NCBI GenBank assembly: GCA_007376265.1
Contig: VMFW01000001.1
Location: 2,455 to 66,454 of the forward strand
From: Parcubacteria group bacterium Gr01-1014_20
GTDB taxonomy: Bacteria > Patescibacteriota > Minisyncoccia > UBA6257 > 2-01-FULL-56-20
DNA: 64,000 nucleotides
Direction: 5' to 3'
Positions 63,924 to 64,000 of the stretch are shown here, piece by piece. The notes beneath the pieces were generated by a model. It made no database searches and was not told the origin of the DNA. It worked only from the letters and a program-made list of their open reading frames with translations. The translations under genes were made by a program, and so were the position numbers. Positions within the stretch are counted from its first letter, which is position 1. Every line of letters begins with the position of its first letter.

Positions 63924-64000
63924 CGAATCGGTTGAGTGGGGTGTTGCATTGGTATCAGGAGTGTCTGTGGTGATATCTGGGAGCGAGTGGTATTCAAAAC

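Noticed and set aside
1-64000. Prophage, IS element or integrase content
   Set aside because: No transposase, integrase, terminase or capsid-like ORFs and no terminal inverted repeats were recognised. The only compositional islands are the small GC-rich islet at 33.7-34.2 kb and the mild 46.6-48.8 kb block.

Overview
This is a gene-dense, roughly 46-47% GC bacterial chromosome segment that uses standard code 11, since TGA is seen acting as a stop codon. The rpmH-rnpA-yidC-jag block sits on the minus strand facing dnaA-dnaN on the plus strand, so the window almost certainly spans the replication origin. Gene content and style point to a small-genome, Gram-positive-like lineage, possibly Candidate Phyla Radiation/Patescibacteria; this is inference only. 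Features of that style include many short hypothetical membrane or secreted proteins, a minimal type IV secretion-like cluster and a MurE-like ligase lacking the N-terminal domain. Recognisable content in order of position: a VirB4/VirB6/pilin-type (T4SS-like) cluster at 1-10.3 kb; PBP1A, ruvC-yebC-yraN and ruvA; an MBL/beta-CASP nuclease; family-4 UDG; a membrane-anchored Clp/Hsp100 ATPase; NUDIX and a standalone MGMT domain; the infC-rpmI-rplT operon; an SRP RNA candidate; tmRNA and SmpB; argS, ileS, trpS and tyrS; RNase J; an RpoD-like sigma factor; nusA; H+-PPase; clpP; ftsH; and five tRNAs (Arg-CCG, Leu-CAG, Gly-UCC, Ile-UAU, plus the tRNA-like end of tmRNA). The most unusual items are: (1) the T4SS-like cluster, whose VirB4 is split into two translationally coupled ORFs and which carries a pilin-like gene with a Cys-rich tail; (2) an IleRS with a histidine-phosphatase (PGAM-like) domain inserted into its zinc-knuckle region; (3) four evenly spaced perfect palindromes (core TGTTTAGCGCTAAACA) in the divergent yraN/ruvA promoter region; (4) a sharply GC-rich single-gene islet next to tmRNA. 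No CRISPR array, IS element or integrase was seen.
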